NCBI GenBank assembly: GCA_951406725.2
Contig: OX597828.1
Location: 41,602,001-41,666,000 of the forward strand
Source of the DNA: Octopus vulgaris
Lineage: Eukaryota
Length of the DNA: 64,000 bases
Reading direction: 5' to 3'
Position numbers and translations under genes: made by a program. The first letter of the stretch is position 1; every line of letters starts with the position of its first letter. This document shows positions 13,739-26,802 of this stretch, piece after piece. The notes beneath the pieces were generated by a model. That model searched no databases. It saw nothing but the letters and a program-made list of their open reading frames with translations, and was not told the origin of the DNA.

Positions 13739-13801
<63 letters not shown>

Positions 13802-13817
13802 CACAGGCGTGGCTTTA

Positions 13818-14231
13818 TAGGTGCAAACGTAGCTGTGTGGTAAAAAGCTTGCTTCCAACCAATTGGTTCTGGGTTCAGTCCCTTTGGGCAAGCGTCATCT
13901 TCCTTACCCACGGGTCGACCAAAGCCTTGTGAGTGAATTTGTTAGGCAGAAACTGAAAGAAGCCCGTCGTACGTATATATATATGTACGACGGGCTTCTT
14001 TCAGTTTCCATCTAACAAATCCAAATAAATATCTTTGTGACTCTGTGTTTGTCCCCCTACAATCGCTTGGCAACCGATGTTGGTGTGCTTACGTCCCCCT
14101 AACATATTGGTTCGGCAAAAGAGACCGATAAAATAAGTACTAGGCTCACAAAGAATAACTCTTGGGGTCGACTTGTTCGACTACAGACGGTGCTCCAGCA
14201 TCGCCGCAATCAAATCACTGAAACAAATAAA

Positions 14232-14232
<1 letters not shown>
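13818..14232 (+). mobile_element. SINE family A with an internal fold-back duplication
   Basis: Homologous to 62248-62688; palindrome at 13934-14023. Confidence 0.88.
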
Positions 14233-14315
<83 letters not shown>

Positions 14316-14352
14316 GATATATTTTGACTGAAAAAAGGTTTTTTCCTTACTT

Positions 14353-14383
<31 letters not shown>

Positions 14384-14403
14384 CATGTTGTACTTTCTCA
14401 CAT

Positions 14404-14463
<60 letters not shown>

Positions 14464-15100
14464 CATACATGTATATAAAGAGACGGAGAGAGAGATAGAA
14501 AAAGGGAGAGATGGTATTAATGCACGCACATACTTACACACACATACAGATACACACAAGCACCTGCGCGCACACACATGTCCTGTGTCTAACAATGTCC
14601 TTCATAACATCTCTATAACCTTTTCTGTTTTGATTTGCTGTGGTTCCCCTCCCCTTGTTTCCCTTGCTCCACTCTGCTACTGCTGTGGCTACTGCTGCTG
14701 CGTCAGCTACTGTTGTTGCTGTTGTTGTTGTTGCTGCTGCTGTTGTTGTTGTTGTTGTTGTTGTTACTGTTATGGCTTCTGCAGAATAACAGCAGGAATT
14801 AAGAAGCTTAAAAGGTTTTTATCCAAACATCAAATGTTTAAATAAAGAAAAGGGTGTGACGCAGGGTGGTGTGGCGTCGGGTGTTGTGCTTTGGAAGAAG
14901 AGACATCGTGGGTGATGACGTTGTTGCTGTTGATGTTGTTGTTGTTGTGGTGGTAGTGGTGTCGTGTTGTCCACCTCTCCCCGTGCTCTTCATTACCCCC
15001 TACCTCACCTCACCTCACCTCATCTCACCTTCCCCCACTTCTCTCTCTCTCCCTTCATTCTATAAACCTCAAGGATTCAGTACTCGTATGTGTGAGCATG

Positions 15101-15156
<56 letters not shown>

Positions 15157-15181
15157 AATATATATACATATATATAAATAC

Positions 15182-15278
<97 letters not shown>

Positions 15279-15900
15279 CATATATATGTGTGTGTGTGTA
15301 CGTATGTGTGTGTGTATGTGTGTGTATACACGTGTAAATATATTTGGATGGGTGGAGGATATTTGCTACTATAGAAGGTGAGTGTACATATATGCTTGTC
15401 GCTATGGCGATGGCGATGGTAGAGAGAAGTGTATGGCAATGAGAATCTATTTCTAAGTGGTTTCTATTGCCTCTACAAGTCTTCACATTACAGCTGGATC
15501 CCTTATTTTTTTTTCTATCCCCTAAACATTAATAGCCTGTTATTCCTGTTATGAAGACCCACTTTTAATGTTCAGTGTTTCCTCAGAGAGCACGACGAAA
15601 ACAGTTAAGCAGTTGTTTACACTTCCAGCTACACCAGCGCATGTTTTTCTGTCATCTGGTTGCGACCATGCTGGAACATTACTTTCAAGGGTTCTCTATG
15701 GAATGGCCAAGTCAATTCTTGAGATAAAGGGACACCACCCGACGGTATATATATATATATATAATTTAGAGAAAAGACCTGTATTAAACAATTCAATAAT
15801 GCAGGATGTTATTCACATCATATAGAAAACATATACTATAAAAACCTTATTCTAAAAATCAATAAAGTACAAAAACAATAAATAGTAAATAGCGGTAAAA

Positions 15901-16003
15901 AGATTACGCGCATTTCGTGGCTATATTTTCAAATAGATAATAATAATAAAATCTATTCGATCTAAAATTAATTCTATTTAAAATATAATCACTCATCAGG
16001 TCT
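15901..16003 (-). ncRNA. Type I hammerhead motif with extended stem II, in an AT-rich PLE-type repeat
   Basis: Minus strand AGAC-CUGAUGA-GUGAUUAUAUUUU...AAAAUAUAGCCAC-GAAA-UGCGCG-UA-AUCU. Confidence 0.7.
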
Positions 16004-16006
16004 AAA

Positions 16007-16009
<3 letters not shown>

Positions 16010-16051
<42 letters not shown>

Positions 16052-16232
16052 GAATAAATGTATTTATCTTAACTTATATTAATTATCAAATAAATATAGA
16101 AAAATACGTGTATTAACTATAAATAATTGAAAAACATTTAACAATATTTCTTAAAATAAAGATAATTTATAGTTAATACACGTATTTTTCTATATTTATT
16201 TGATAATTAGTATAAGGTAAGTACATTTATTC

Positions 16233-16290
<58 letters not shown>
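16010..16290. repeat. Inverted repeat (arms about 16010-16123 and 16165-16290)
   Basis: TATCAAATAAATATAGAAAAATACGTGTATTAACTATAAA is followed by its reverse complement after a ~40-bp spacer. Confidence 0.9.
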
Positions 16291-16296
<6 letters not shown>

Positions 16297-17114
16297 GCTT
16301 TCAATGCGGGGTTGTACAGGACTACGAATACATTAATATGGTGCTTGATCCAGAAGTAAAGGTCTTTATAAGGAATATCCCAATGTGCTTTTAATTCAAC
16401 AATACGCCAATGTAGCCTTAATTCAACTGAACATGAAAGAGAGGGAGAAAGAGAGGGAGAGAGGGTAGAGAGAAAGAAAGAGACTGAAAGAGAGGGGAAA
16501 GAGAGAGAACGGGATGGGGTGTTGGAAGGAAATTAACTTTAACTACTTTACACCTGTATTGAGTCCTACATTCGGTCAGTGTTCGTTTTCTTTTCCATGC
16601 ATATCAAACATTTATTTTCTAGCTATGTATGTACTACACACACACACACACATACACACACAAACACACACACACAAACACACACACACACATGCACACA
16701 CGCACACACACGCACAAAGTGCCTACATGCAAGCCTCCACTTCACTCGCTCGCCACTATCAGCCCAGTTTTCAACGCCACCGCCGTCACCACCACCACCA
16801 CCACCACCACCACCACCACCACCACACCATCACTACCCACCCATCTTCACCTCCATCATGAACACCAACAACACTACAACCACTACCGCCGCTACTCTTA
16901 GACAGTAGGGTATGTGATAGTTCAAAGTGGAATATATTTCACTGATCCAAGCCCCACCCCTGTACCTGAGGTGTGTACCCTGGTTATGTGAAGCCACCCC
17001 GTCACCACCCGTATAATGACAAGACCATACCCTTAAGTCTCTGGGTCCTACAGAGCTTAAGTGTTTTCTCTGTGCATTGTGAGATGGCGTGTGTGGATGT
17101 GTATGGGGTGGAAG

Positions 17115-17154
<40 letters not shown>

Positions 17155-17572
17155 TGGGGATTTTCGTGCTTGATGGGCATGCAAGAATATTTGGGATGTA
17201 GTGTTGTACGCTATGATCTGATGTGCGTGTGTTTTCGTATGTGTGTGTGTATGTGTGTGTATGTATGTGTGTATGCATGTGCATGTAAGTGTATGTGTAT
17301 GTGTGTGTATGTATGTGTGTGTGTTTCACGCGTGTGCGTGTTCGCGTGCGTGTATACGTGTGTACATGTAAGTGTGTATGTGTGTGTGCGTGTTCGTGTG
17401 CGTGTGCATGTGTATATGTATATGTATGTGTATGTGTATATGTATGTATGAGTGTATATGTATGTGTGTGTATGTGTGTGTATTTGTTCGCATGTTTGCC
17501 GAGACTACCGGAGTAGTGAGGTAACTACAGTAAAGTGTGACGTGATATGAGTATGGTCTGGTATTTGTGTGT

Positions 17573-17806
17573 GGCGAGCTGGCAGAAACGTTAGCACGTC
17601 GGGCGAAATGCGTAGCCGTATTTCGTCTGCCGTTACGTTGTGAGTTCAAATTCCGCCGAGGTCGACTTTGCCTTTCATCCTTTCGGGGTCGATAAATTAA
17701 GCACCAGTTACGCACTGGGGTCGATGTAATCGACTTAATACCTATGTCTGTCCTTGTTTGTCCCCTCTGTGTTTAGCCCCTTGTGGGTAATAAAGAAATA
17801 GGTATT
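17573..17806 (+). mobile_element. SINE family B, monomeric
   Basis: Close match to the first unit of 3976-4559. Confidence 0.9.
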
Positions 17807-18009
17807 TGTGTGTGTGTAGGTGTGTATGTGTGTGTATATGTGTGTGCATGTACATGTGTGTGTATCTGTGTGTATGTATGTGCGCGTGTGTTTGTGCGTA
17901 TATGTGTGTGCGTATGTATGTGTGTAGTGTTAGGGTGTAGTTTGATTTGAGACATGCTTGAGTGGTGTTGTGGGCTATGTATTTGTATATATAGCTGTTT
18001 ATGTCGCAT

Positions 18010-18070
<61 letters not shown>

Positions 18071-18071
18071 C

Positions 18072-18237
18072 GTATACGACGGAAGTTTACCAAATCTACC
18101 AAATCCACTCACAAGGCTTTGATCAGCCCGAGGCTATAGTAGAAAACACTTGCCAAAAGGTACCACGCAGTGGGAATGAACCCGAAACCATGTGGTTGGT
18201 AAGCGAGCTACTTACCACACAGCCACTCCTGTGCCTA
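18072..18237 (-). mobile_element. SINE family A, 5' half
   Basis: Head up to the internal microsatellite. Confidence 0.85.
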
Positions 18238-18513
18238 TATACGTTTCTTGAGAACAATTATACTTCAACCATCTGAAGCCAATAACAAAACATCTAAGTG
18301 ACCGTTCCCCATGCAGGAAATAGCAGTCAAGTCTTCATCAAATCACACCCTCCTATATTTAAGATATTTGGTGGTTTCGTGTTTGTTTTTGGTGCATCAT
18401 TGTAATGGGGAAGATGATGATGATGATGATGATGATGTGGCTGTTATTGCTTATGTTGGTGGCGATGTTATTGTTCTTGATGTCGGTACAGTTGCCATTA
18501 TTTTCTTCTTCTT

Positions 18514-18546
<33 letters not shown>

Positions 18547-18874
18547 CTTCTTCTTCTTCTTCTTCTTCTTCTTCTTCTTCTTCTTCTTCCAGTCAGGACT
18601 CACGCCATTAGCCACAAAGAATAATCTCTAATTCGAGCCTACTCTAAGCTACTAAGAATGCGTGCGGCAACTTGAAGATCCACCCACCACTCGCGATAGA
18701 CTGGTGGTTGCACGGGCGCGAAAGCTACGTTGTTATCCTCATTCCGTAACCGGTGGCTTTTAACGAGTGGAGAGCTGAACCATCCTGGGATACAGAGGAT
18801 TCACAATCTAGGCTAGGGTCTGAAAGTTTATCACACCATAGTGGGTTACACCATGGTTCCTTTACTTTGTAGCA

Positions 18875-19060
18875 GAAGTAGGAAGAAAGAGTGAGAGAAA
18901 GTTGTGGTGAAAGATTACAGCCTGGTTCTCCCCACCCTCCACCGGAGCCTCATGGAACTTAGGTGTTTTTGCTCAATAAACACTCACTGTCTAGGAATCG
19001 AAACCGCGTTCTTACGATTGCGAGTCCGCTTCCCTAACCACTGGGCCATTGCGCCTCCAC
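18875..19060 (-). mobile_element. SINE family C, 5' part
   Basis: Reverse complement of the head of 60652-61034. Confidence 0.82.
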
Positions 19061-19950
19061 TGCCGTTGCTGTTGCAGTTGGTGGTGTTACTGTTGTTGTT
19101 GTTGTTGTTGTTGGTGGTGGTGTTGGTGGCGGTAATGTTATTGTTATTGTTGTTGTTGGTGGTGGTGGTGGTAGTGGAAGTATTTTGGGTGATGGTGCTG
19201 CTGCTGCCTCTGCTGCAACTGCTGCTGTTGTTGTTGTTGTTGATCCGATTGTGTGTTTTAATCATTTGCTTTAGCACTCCGACAGTTTCTCTTCGACAAT
19301 TTACTCACCTCTCACAGCAAAATAAATATCGATGGAAATAAATAAATAACTAAATAAATAAAACGAAAATGTAAACAAAATGCAACCTCCCTCTCCACCC
19401 CTCTCCCCCTCTCCCTTTCCTCAGTCCAGCCTTATCAACAACAATAAAAGCAACAGTAGCCGTTTGATTTAGTTCGAATATCCATTTTCTTCAAGTTGGA
19501 TGGAGACGAATTAAAAGCCAACACCAAAGGAAAATTAAGCAGCGATACTTCTCACTCTTTTTGTCTGTCTGTCTGTCTGTGTGTCGGTCGGTCTTCCCCT
19601 CACCTCCACCCCAACTCACTTTCTACCCACCCCCAACGTTTAACTATTGTTGACGTTAAGCTTCTCTAATTCCCCTCCATCAATCACAACAAAAGTCCCT
19701 ACCTTAGTGTGTGTATACCTTTACACCTGTGTATGTGTGTGTGTACGTGTGTACGTGAGTGTGTGTGTTTATGTACATGTATACATACCTGCACACACAT
19801 ATGTACACACACAACTACACACATACACACACATGCACGCCTAAGTTTACATGTCTGAGTGTTTTGTGTGAGTACGTATTTATACATACAAACACACACA
19901 CATATATATATATATATATACATACACATACATACAGACATATATATATA

Positions 19951-20012
<62 letters not shown>

Positions 20013-20076
20013 TATACACACATGCATACATACATACACACATACATGTATATATATAAATCTCTATATGTGTGTG

Positions 20077-20113
<37 letters not shown>

Positions 20114-20255
20114 GTTTATACATATATGCACACACATACATATATATAAACATACATATATAGAGACAAACGCACACACACACACACACACACATACACA
20201 AACACAAACACATTTTGTGTTCTTGTCTTGGATTTCAAACAGAAACGTCTCCATC

Positions 20256-20441
20256 CTGATTGGTCTATCATCTTAAGCCAATGACCCTTCAACTATGAAA
20301 ACAAAGTCCTTCCCGACCCCTTTCTCAACATTGGTCTATTTTTAAGCCCGGTTTCTCCTCAAACATCTTCCTTCAACAGACTGGATTAATAATACAGTCA
20401 GCTAATTTATCGCTTTTCATTGGCTGATAATTAACCAATCA
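20256..20441. promoter_or_regulatory. Cluster of five CCAAT boxes (NF-Y-like)
   Basis: ATTGG 20259, CCAAT 20278, ATTGG 20330, ATTGG 20419, CCAAT 20435; four fit RRCCAATSR. Confidence 0.45.
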
Positions 20442-20725
20442 ATATCTGATCTGCTCAACTTAAAATCACTTACCCTTGTTCACATATTTTCTTTAACACT
20501 TCACCTTTAGTGCCTCCATCAAAGTCACAGGAACGATTCGAATTAGTGGAGCGCTGGCCTATGCTGGCCTATGCTCTATTATTTGTTATCGAGTTCACTG
20601 TTCCAAGAGCAAAGGCTCAAATCTCACCCGCTCAATGTCAATTTTTTTTTTCTTTTCTTTTAATGTTTTAGATGCAAGACTAACCAATCGTTTGGTACTT
20701 CTAGCGCAAACAAGGTTCATATGTA

Positions 20726-21290
20726 TAGTAATCCCTCGCCATAACGCGGTTCACCTGTCGCGGTTCACCTATCGCGGTTTATTACTTAAGCTTACGTCGA
20801 TTCCTGCCTGGTGTTGTTTTGCATTTATATTAAAATAAATTCTTTTATTCTTTTACTTGTTTCAGTCATTTGACTGTGGCCATGCTGGAGCACGGCCTTT
20901 AGTCGAATCAAATCGACTCCAGGACTTATTCTTTGTAAGCCTAGTACTTATTCTATCGGTCCTTTTTGCCGAACCGCTAAGTTACGGGGAACTAAACACA
21001 CCAGCATCGGTTGTCAAGCGATGTTGGGGTGGGGGGGGACAAACACAGATACACAACATATACAGACACATACATATATACGACGGGCTTCTTTCACAAG
21101 GCTTTGGTCGGCCCGAGGCTATAGTAGAAGACACTTGCCCAAGGTGCCAGGCAGTGGGACTAAACCTGGAACCATGTGGCTGGTAAGCAAGCTACTTACC
21201 ACACAGCCAAATAATAATAAAAATATATTCAGTACAGTACTGTTTCTACTTCGCGGATTTTCACCTAGCGCGGGGGGGGGGGGGTTACGT
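20726..21290 (+). mobile_element. Tigger/pogo-like MITE interrupted by SINE A (20842-21209, minus); right end truncated
   Basis: TA|TAGTAATCCCTCGCCATAACGCGG left TIR; homologous to 61361-62155. Confidence 0.75.
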
Positions 21291-21291
21291 A

Positions 21292-21731
21292 GTGGGGTCG
21301 ATGTAATCGACTTAATACCTTTGTCTGTCCTTGTTTGTCCTCTCTATGTTTAGCACCTTGTAGGTAATAAAGAAATAAGTATTTCGTCTGCTTTTATGTT
21401 TTGAGTTCAAATTCTGCCGAGGTCGATTTTGCCTTTCATCCTTTCGGGGTCGATAAATTAAGTACCAGTTACGCACTGGGGTCGATGTAATCGTCTTAAT
21501 CCGTTTGTCTGTCCTTGTTTGTCCTCTCTATGTTTAGCCCCTTGTGGGTAGTAAAGAAATAGGTATTTCGTCTGCTTTTCTGATTTGAGTTCAAATTCTG
21601 CCGAGGTCGATTTTGCCTTTCATCCTTTCGGGGTCGATAAATTAAGTACCAGTTGCATACCGGGGTCGATCTAATCGATTGGCCCTCACCCCATAAAATA
21701 TCAGGCCTTATGCCTATAGTAGAAAGGATTA
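21292..21731 (+). mobile_element. SINE family B, headless tandem-body form
   Basis: Same repeated ~185-bp body and the same alternative last-unit tail as 3976-4559. Confidence 0.85.
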
Positions 21732-21980
21732 TTATTATTTTTTTTTACTACATTAAGGAGGTAAGCTGATTGAATATTTAGCTCGACGGGAAAATTCTTA
21801 GCAGGAAATAATTTAACTATTGTCTACCATTGCAACAATATTAGAGGCATAAAAAATGGTTACTGCGATTAGAAAAGGTGCCGGATCTAATATACTGTTT
21901 GAGGGTACTTATCGCCCAGTGATGGCTGCCTGTGGTTTTCCAAATAGTCAAATAGCTGGGTGGATGAACTAACAAAATAG

Positions 21981-22214
21981 GGTGCAGGCGTGTTTGTGTG
22001 GTAAGAAGCTTGCTTCCCAACCACATGATTCCGAGTTCTGTTCCACTATGTGGTACCTTGGGCAAGTGTTTTCTACTATAACCTCGGGCCGACCAAAGAC
22101 TCGTGAATGGATTTGGTAAACGGAAACTGAAAGAAGCCCGTCGTACACACACATACACACACATATGTATGTATGTATGTATGTATATATATAAAAATAT
22201 ATATACATATGCAT

Positions 22215-22263
<49 letters not shown>

Positions 22264-22357
22264 CATACATATATATACATATACACATATATAAATGTAT
22301 ATCTATGTATATATATGTTCATATACATATGTATATGTATATATACGTATGTATATG

Positions 22358-22392
<35 letters not shown>

Positions 22393-22450
22393 GTGTATGT
22401 ATATATACATATATATAATATGCACATATATATATATATCTGTGTATATA

Positions 22451-22491
<41 letters not shown>

Positions 22492-22752
22492 GTGTGTGTG
22501 TGTGTATGTATATATATGTTTATGTATATATACATATATGTGTGTGTGTGCGTGTCTGTATTTGTCCCCACCACCCCGGTTCTAGTGCGTTTATGTCTCT
22601 GTAACTTAGCGTCTTAGCAAAAGAAATCCCGATAACGTAAGGTAAGGTGGTACTCCAACATGGCCATGGCGGCAGTTTAATGAATGAAACAACAAAAACA
22701 GCAAAAGACTAAAAGAATAAAAGAATAAAAGACTAAAAGACTAAAAGAATAA
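21981..22752 (+). mobile_element. SINE family A with a ~410-bp expanded internal microsatellite
   Basis: Head 21981-22145, tail 22555-22752 ending in (AAAAGAMT)n. Confidence 0.85.
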
Positions 22753-23079
22753 ACGCGTGATTGAGAAAGTAAGTTACTCAAATTTAGTATTGACGCTAAT
22801 AAGTTAGTATAACCTCTCTTGAGATTGACTAAAATTTAACCAGGGAATTGCGAAGAACTGAAGACAGCCGTTGTTATCAACACTGCTGGAGCATTAAGAT
22901 GTAGAATGGAGGTATGGGTGTGGAATGTCATGGAGGAAGGGGGAAGTGTTACTTGATTAGTTAGTCACACCTTTGATCAACTCACCTGTATTAATCACCT
23001 GTGAAAGCAATCTCTGCCAGGCTGCACCTTGCAGCTGAGCATAACATGTTCAGTTGAACATTGTCAATATAGAATCGCA

Positions 23080-24040
23080 TGAGAGTAATATACCTTTATC
23101 AGTGCATCACAACGTCATAACATTATGACAACACATATCATATATTACGTCACACCATGTTGCGTTACGACTTCGCACTATATCTTAACAACATCAGATC
23201 ATAATCATATCATGTCACTACATCATTATATTGCAACATGATCACTACAGCTCATTATCACAACAACATCACCACAAAATCACAACAGCATAATATGGTT
23301 ATAACGTCACAACATCATAGCAATATGATCCCATCATAACATCATACATAGCTACATTCTCTCTTTTCTCTCTTTTACTCTTTTACTTGTTTCAGTCATT
23401 TGATTGTGGCCATGCTGGAGCACTGCCTTTAGTCGAGCAAATCGACCCCAGGACTTATTCGTTGTAAGCCTAGCACTTATTCTATAGGTCTCTTTTGCCG
23501 AACCGCTAAGTTACGGGGACGTAAACACATCAGCATCGGTTGTCAAGCGATGTTGGGGGGACAAACACAGACACTCAAACACACACACATGTATATATAC
23601 ATATATACAACGGGCTTCTTTCAGTTTCCGTCTACCAAATCCACTCACAAGGTTTTGGTCGGCCCGAGGCTATAGTAGAAGACACTTGCACAAGGTGCCA
23701 CGCAGTGGGACTGAACCCGGAACCATGTGGTTGGTAAGCAAGCTACTTACCACACAGCCATAACAATATGATTACATTATCATATCGTACATAGCAACAT
23801 CATCGGATCACATCCTTACATCATCAAATAACGTTATAACAACATCATAACGTTATAACGACAAATATCGGTTACCACGTCGAATCACTTTACATAACAG
23901 GCTCACATTATTCCATAGCAACGTCAGATTATAATCACATCACAGTACGATGATCATAGCTGCCTAAAACCATAACAACAGGAATACATCACGTCATAAG
24001 AAAATACGTAGCAACGTGATCGTATCACAAAATCATACAT
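23080..24040. repeat. Degenerate CATCA/ACAT-rich repeat, split by SINE A (23358-23760, minus)
   Basis: Recurrent ATCACAACATCAT-like words on both sides of a clear SINE A copy. Confidence 0.7.
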
Positions 24041-24057
24041 ACATATATATACATACA

Positions 24058-24220
24058 TACGACGGGCTTCTTCGGTTTCCGTCTACTAAATCCATTCACA
24101 AGGCTTTGGGCGACCCGAGGCTATAGTAGAAGACACCTGCCCAAGGTGCCACGCAGCGGGAATGAACCAGGAACCATGTGGTTGGTATGCAAGCTACTTA
24201 CCACACAGCCACTCCTGTGC
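24058..24220 (-). mobile_element. SINE family A, 5' half
   Basis: Head similarity. Confidence 0.85.
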
Positions 24221-24349
24221 ATGCCTCTGTGTTTATGTGTGTGCATTTATGTATGAGGACAATGCATATACCTGTGTGTATGTCATTATGTGTTTGTGTG
24301 CATGTTTGTCTATGAGCAAATCGATGTTTTTATAAGTAACACTGTCAGT

Positions 24350-24532
24350 ATGTGAATGTGTGTGTGTGAGTGCATGTATGTATGTATGTATGTATGTATG
24401 TATGTATGTATGTATGTATGTATGTATGTATGTATGTATGTGTGTATATATGTATGTATGTATGTGTGTGTGTGTGAGTGCATGTATGTATGTATGAATG
24501 TATGTATGTGGGTATGTATGTATGTATGTGTG

Positions 24533-24564
<32 letters not shown>

Positions 24565-25475
24565 AATGTATGTATGTGTGCATGTATGTATGTATGAATG
24601 TGTGTGTGTATGTATGTATGTATGTGTATGTATGTATGTATGTATGTATGTATGTATGTATGTGTGTGTATGTATGTATGTATGTGTGTATGAATGTATG
24701 TATGTATGTATGTATGTGTGTGTATGTATGTATGTATGTATGTATGTATGTGTGTGTGTATGTATGTATGTATGTATGTATGTGTGTATATATGTATGTA
24801 TGTATGTGTGTGTGTGTGAGTGCATGTATGTATGTATGAATGTATGTATGTGGGTATGTATGTATGTATGTATGTATGTGTGTATATATGTATGTATGTA
24901 TGTATGTGTGTGAGTGCATGTATGTATGTATGAATGTATGTATGTGTGCATGTATGTATGTATGTATGTATGTATGTTTGTGTGTATGTATGTATGTATG
25001 TATGTTTGTGTGTATGTATGTATGTATGTATGTATGTATGTATGTGTGTATATATGTATGTATGAATGTATGTATGTATGAATGTATGTATGTGTGCATG
25101 TATGTATGTATGTATGTATGTATGTGTGTATATATGTATGTATGTATGAATGTGTGTGTGTATGTATGTATGTATGTGTGTGTGTATGTATGTATGTATG
25201 TATGTATGTATGTATGTGTGTGTATGTATGTATGTATGTGTGTATGAATGTATGTATGTATGTATGTATGTGTGTGTATGTATGTATGTATGTTTGTGTG
25301 TATGTGTGTGTGTATGTAAGTATGTATGTATGTATGTGTGTGTATGTATGTATGTGTGTGTGTATGTATGTATGTATGTGTGTGTGCATGTATGTATGTA
25401 TGTATGTATGTGTGTGTGTGTATGTATGTATGTATGTATGTATGTATGTATGTATATATGTATGTATGTATGTAT
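24350..25475. repeat. ~1.1 kb (TATG)n tract with internal block duplications
   Basis: Direct observation; the marker GAGTGCATG...GAATG...GTGGG recurs at ~24477 and ~24818. Confidence 0.95.
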
Positions 25476-25829
25476 ACTCCTGTATGAACCGTATTCACAT
25501 AACAAGCCTGGTGTGTGCGCGTGTGTATGTATTTATGTGTGTGTCTGTGTACGTGAATATGTGTGTGTTAGAGTGTCTGTATTTATGCATTTTTTCTTGT
25601 ATTCTTTTATTTGTTTCAGTTATTTGACAACGGCCATGCTGGAGCACCGCCTTTAGTCGAGCAAATCGACCCTAGGACTTATTCATTGTAAGCCTAGTAC
25701 TTATTCTATCGGTCTCTTTTGCCGAACCGCTAAGTGACGGGGATGTAAACACACCAGCATCGGTTGTCAAGTGATGTTGGGGGACAAACACAGACACACA
25801 AACATATACATACATACATACATACACAC

Positions 25830-25900
<71 letters not shown>

Positions 25901-26154
25901 ACATATATAAATTTATATTTAATCTAGGATAAAATTTTTTTCGAAAACATTTTTTATCAATGGCCAGCATATTAAAAAATACCTTTAAAGGTTAAAATTA
26001 TAAACAACTTATAAATAAGGGTAAACGAAAATATTTCTAATGCCAATTAAATGCCGAAATTGAACATATTGTCCATAACCATGTAATTTTTCATAATATG
26101 TACGCTGCTCGAAAAAAAGCCGACAGAAATTTCTAAAAAATTCCATTATTACCA

Positions 26155-26207
26155 TATCGGACCGATTTCAGGGTTAGTTCGTAAGAACCCTCCCTTCGTC
26201 AGTGATA
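26155..26207 (-). ncRNA. Type I hammerhead motif
   Basis: UAUCA-CUGACGA-AGGG-ag-GGUUC(UUAC)GAACU-aa-CCCU-GAAA-UCGG-UC-CGAUA. Confidence 0.72.
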
Positions 26208-26602
26208 AATGTGGCAAAGAAATAAATGAGATACTTACTCATACCCATGGAAGAAGCAAAACACTAAGTCATGAGCACAATTAAGTACCCCAAATACATC
26301 TAAAATAGAAATACTCCAGCCCATTCAAGACACGTACGATTTGAACTGAGGTTCTTATAGAGTGAGAGAGTCCGGAAGTGAACACTATTAAATTTTTATT
26401 TAATGTAGGATAACATTTTTTTCTAAAAAAAATGTTATCAATGGCCAGCATATTAAAAAAATACCTTTAAAGGTTAAAATTATAAACAACTTATAAATAA
26501 GGGCAAACGAAAAAATTTCTAATGCCAAATATGCCGAAATTGAACATATTGTCCATAACCATATAATTTTTCACATCCATCTATTTATTTCTTTGCCACA
26601 TT

Positions 26603-26655
26603 TATCACTGACGAAGGGAGGGTTCTTACTAACTAACCCTGAAATCGGTCCGATG
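26603..26655 (+). ncRNA. Type I hammerhead motif (inverted copy)
   Basis: CTGACGA 26608-26614, stem II AGGG/CCCT, GAAA 26641-26644, GUC triplet ending at 26650. Confidence 0.7.
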
Positions 26656-26802
26656 TGGTAATAATGGAATTTTTTAGAAATTCCTGTCGGCTTTTTTCGA
26701 GTAGCGTGCGTATTGTGAAAAATTACATGGTTATGGACAATATGTTCAATTTCGGCATATTTGGCATTAGAAATGTTTTCGTTTACCCTTATTTATAAGT
26801 TG

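Larger units (their letters stand above)
12335..13740 (+). mobile_element. Penelope-like element, 5'-truncated (zinc-finger linker, GIY-YIG endonuclease, 3' region, pseudo-LTR with hammerhead)
   Basis: Endonuclease frame at 12335-12730, pyrimidine tract, tandem repeats, hammerhead-like motif at 13605-13640; ends at (TA)n. Confidence 0.85.

Noticed and set aside
19303-19350. Minus-strand exon candidate ending GAG|GTGAGT
   Set aside because: The exon body is low-complexity T-rich sequence with no credible coding content.
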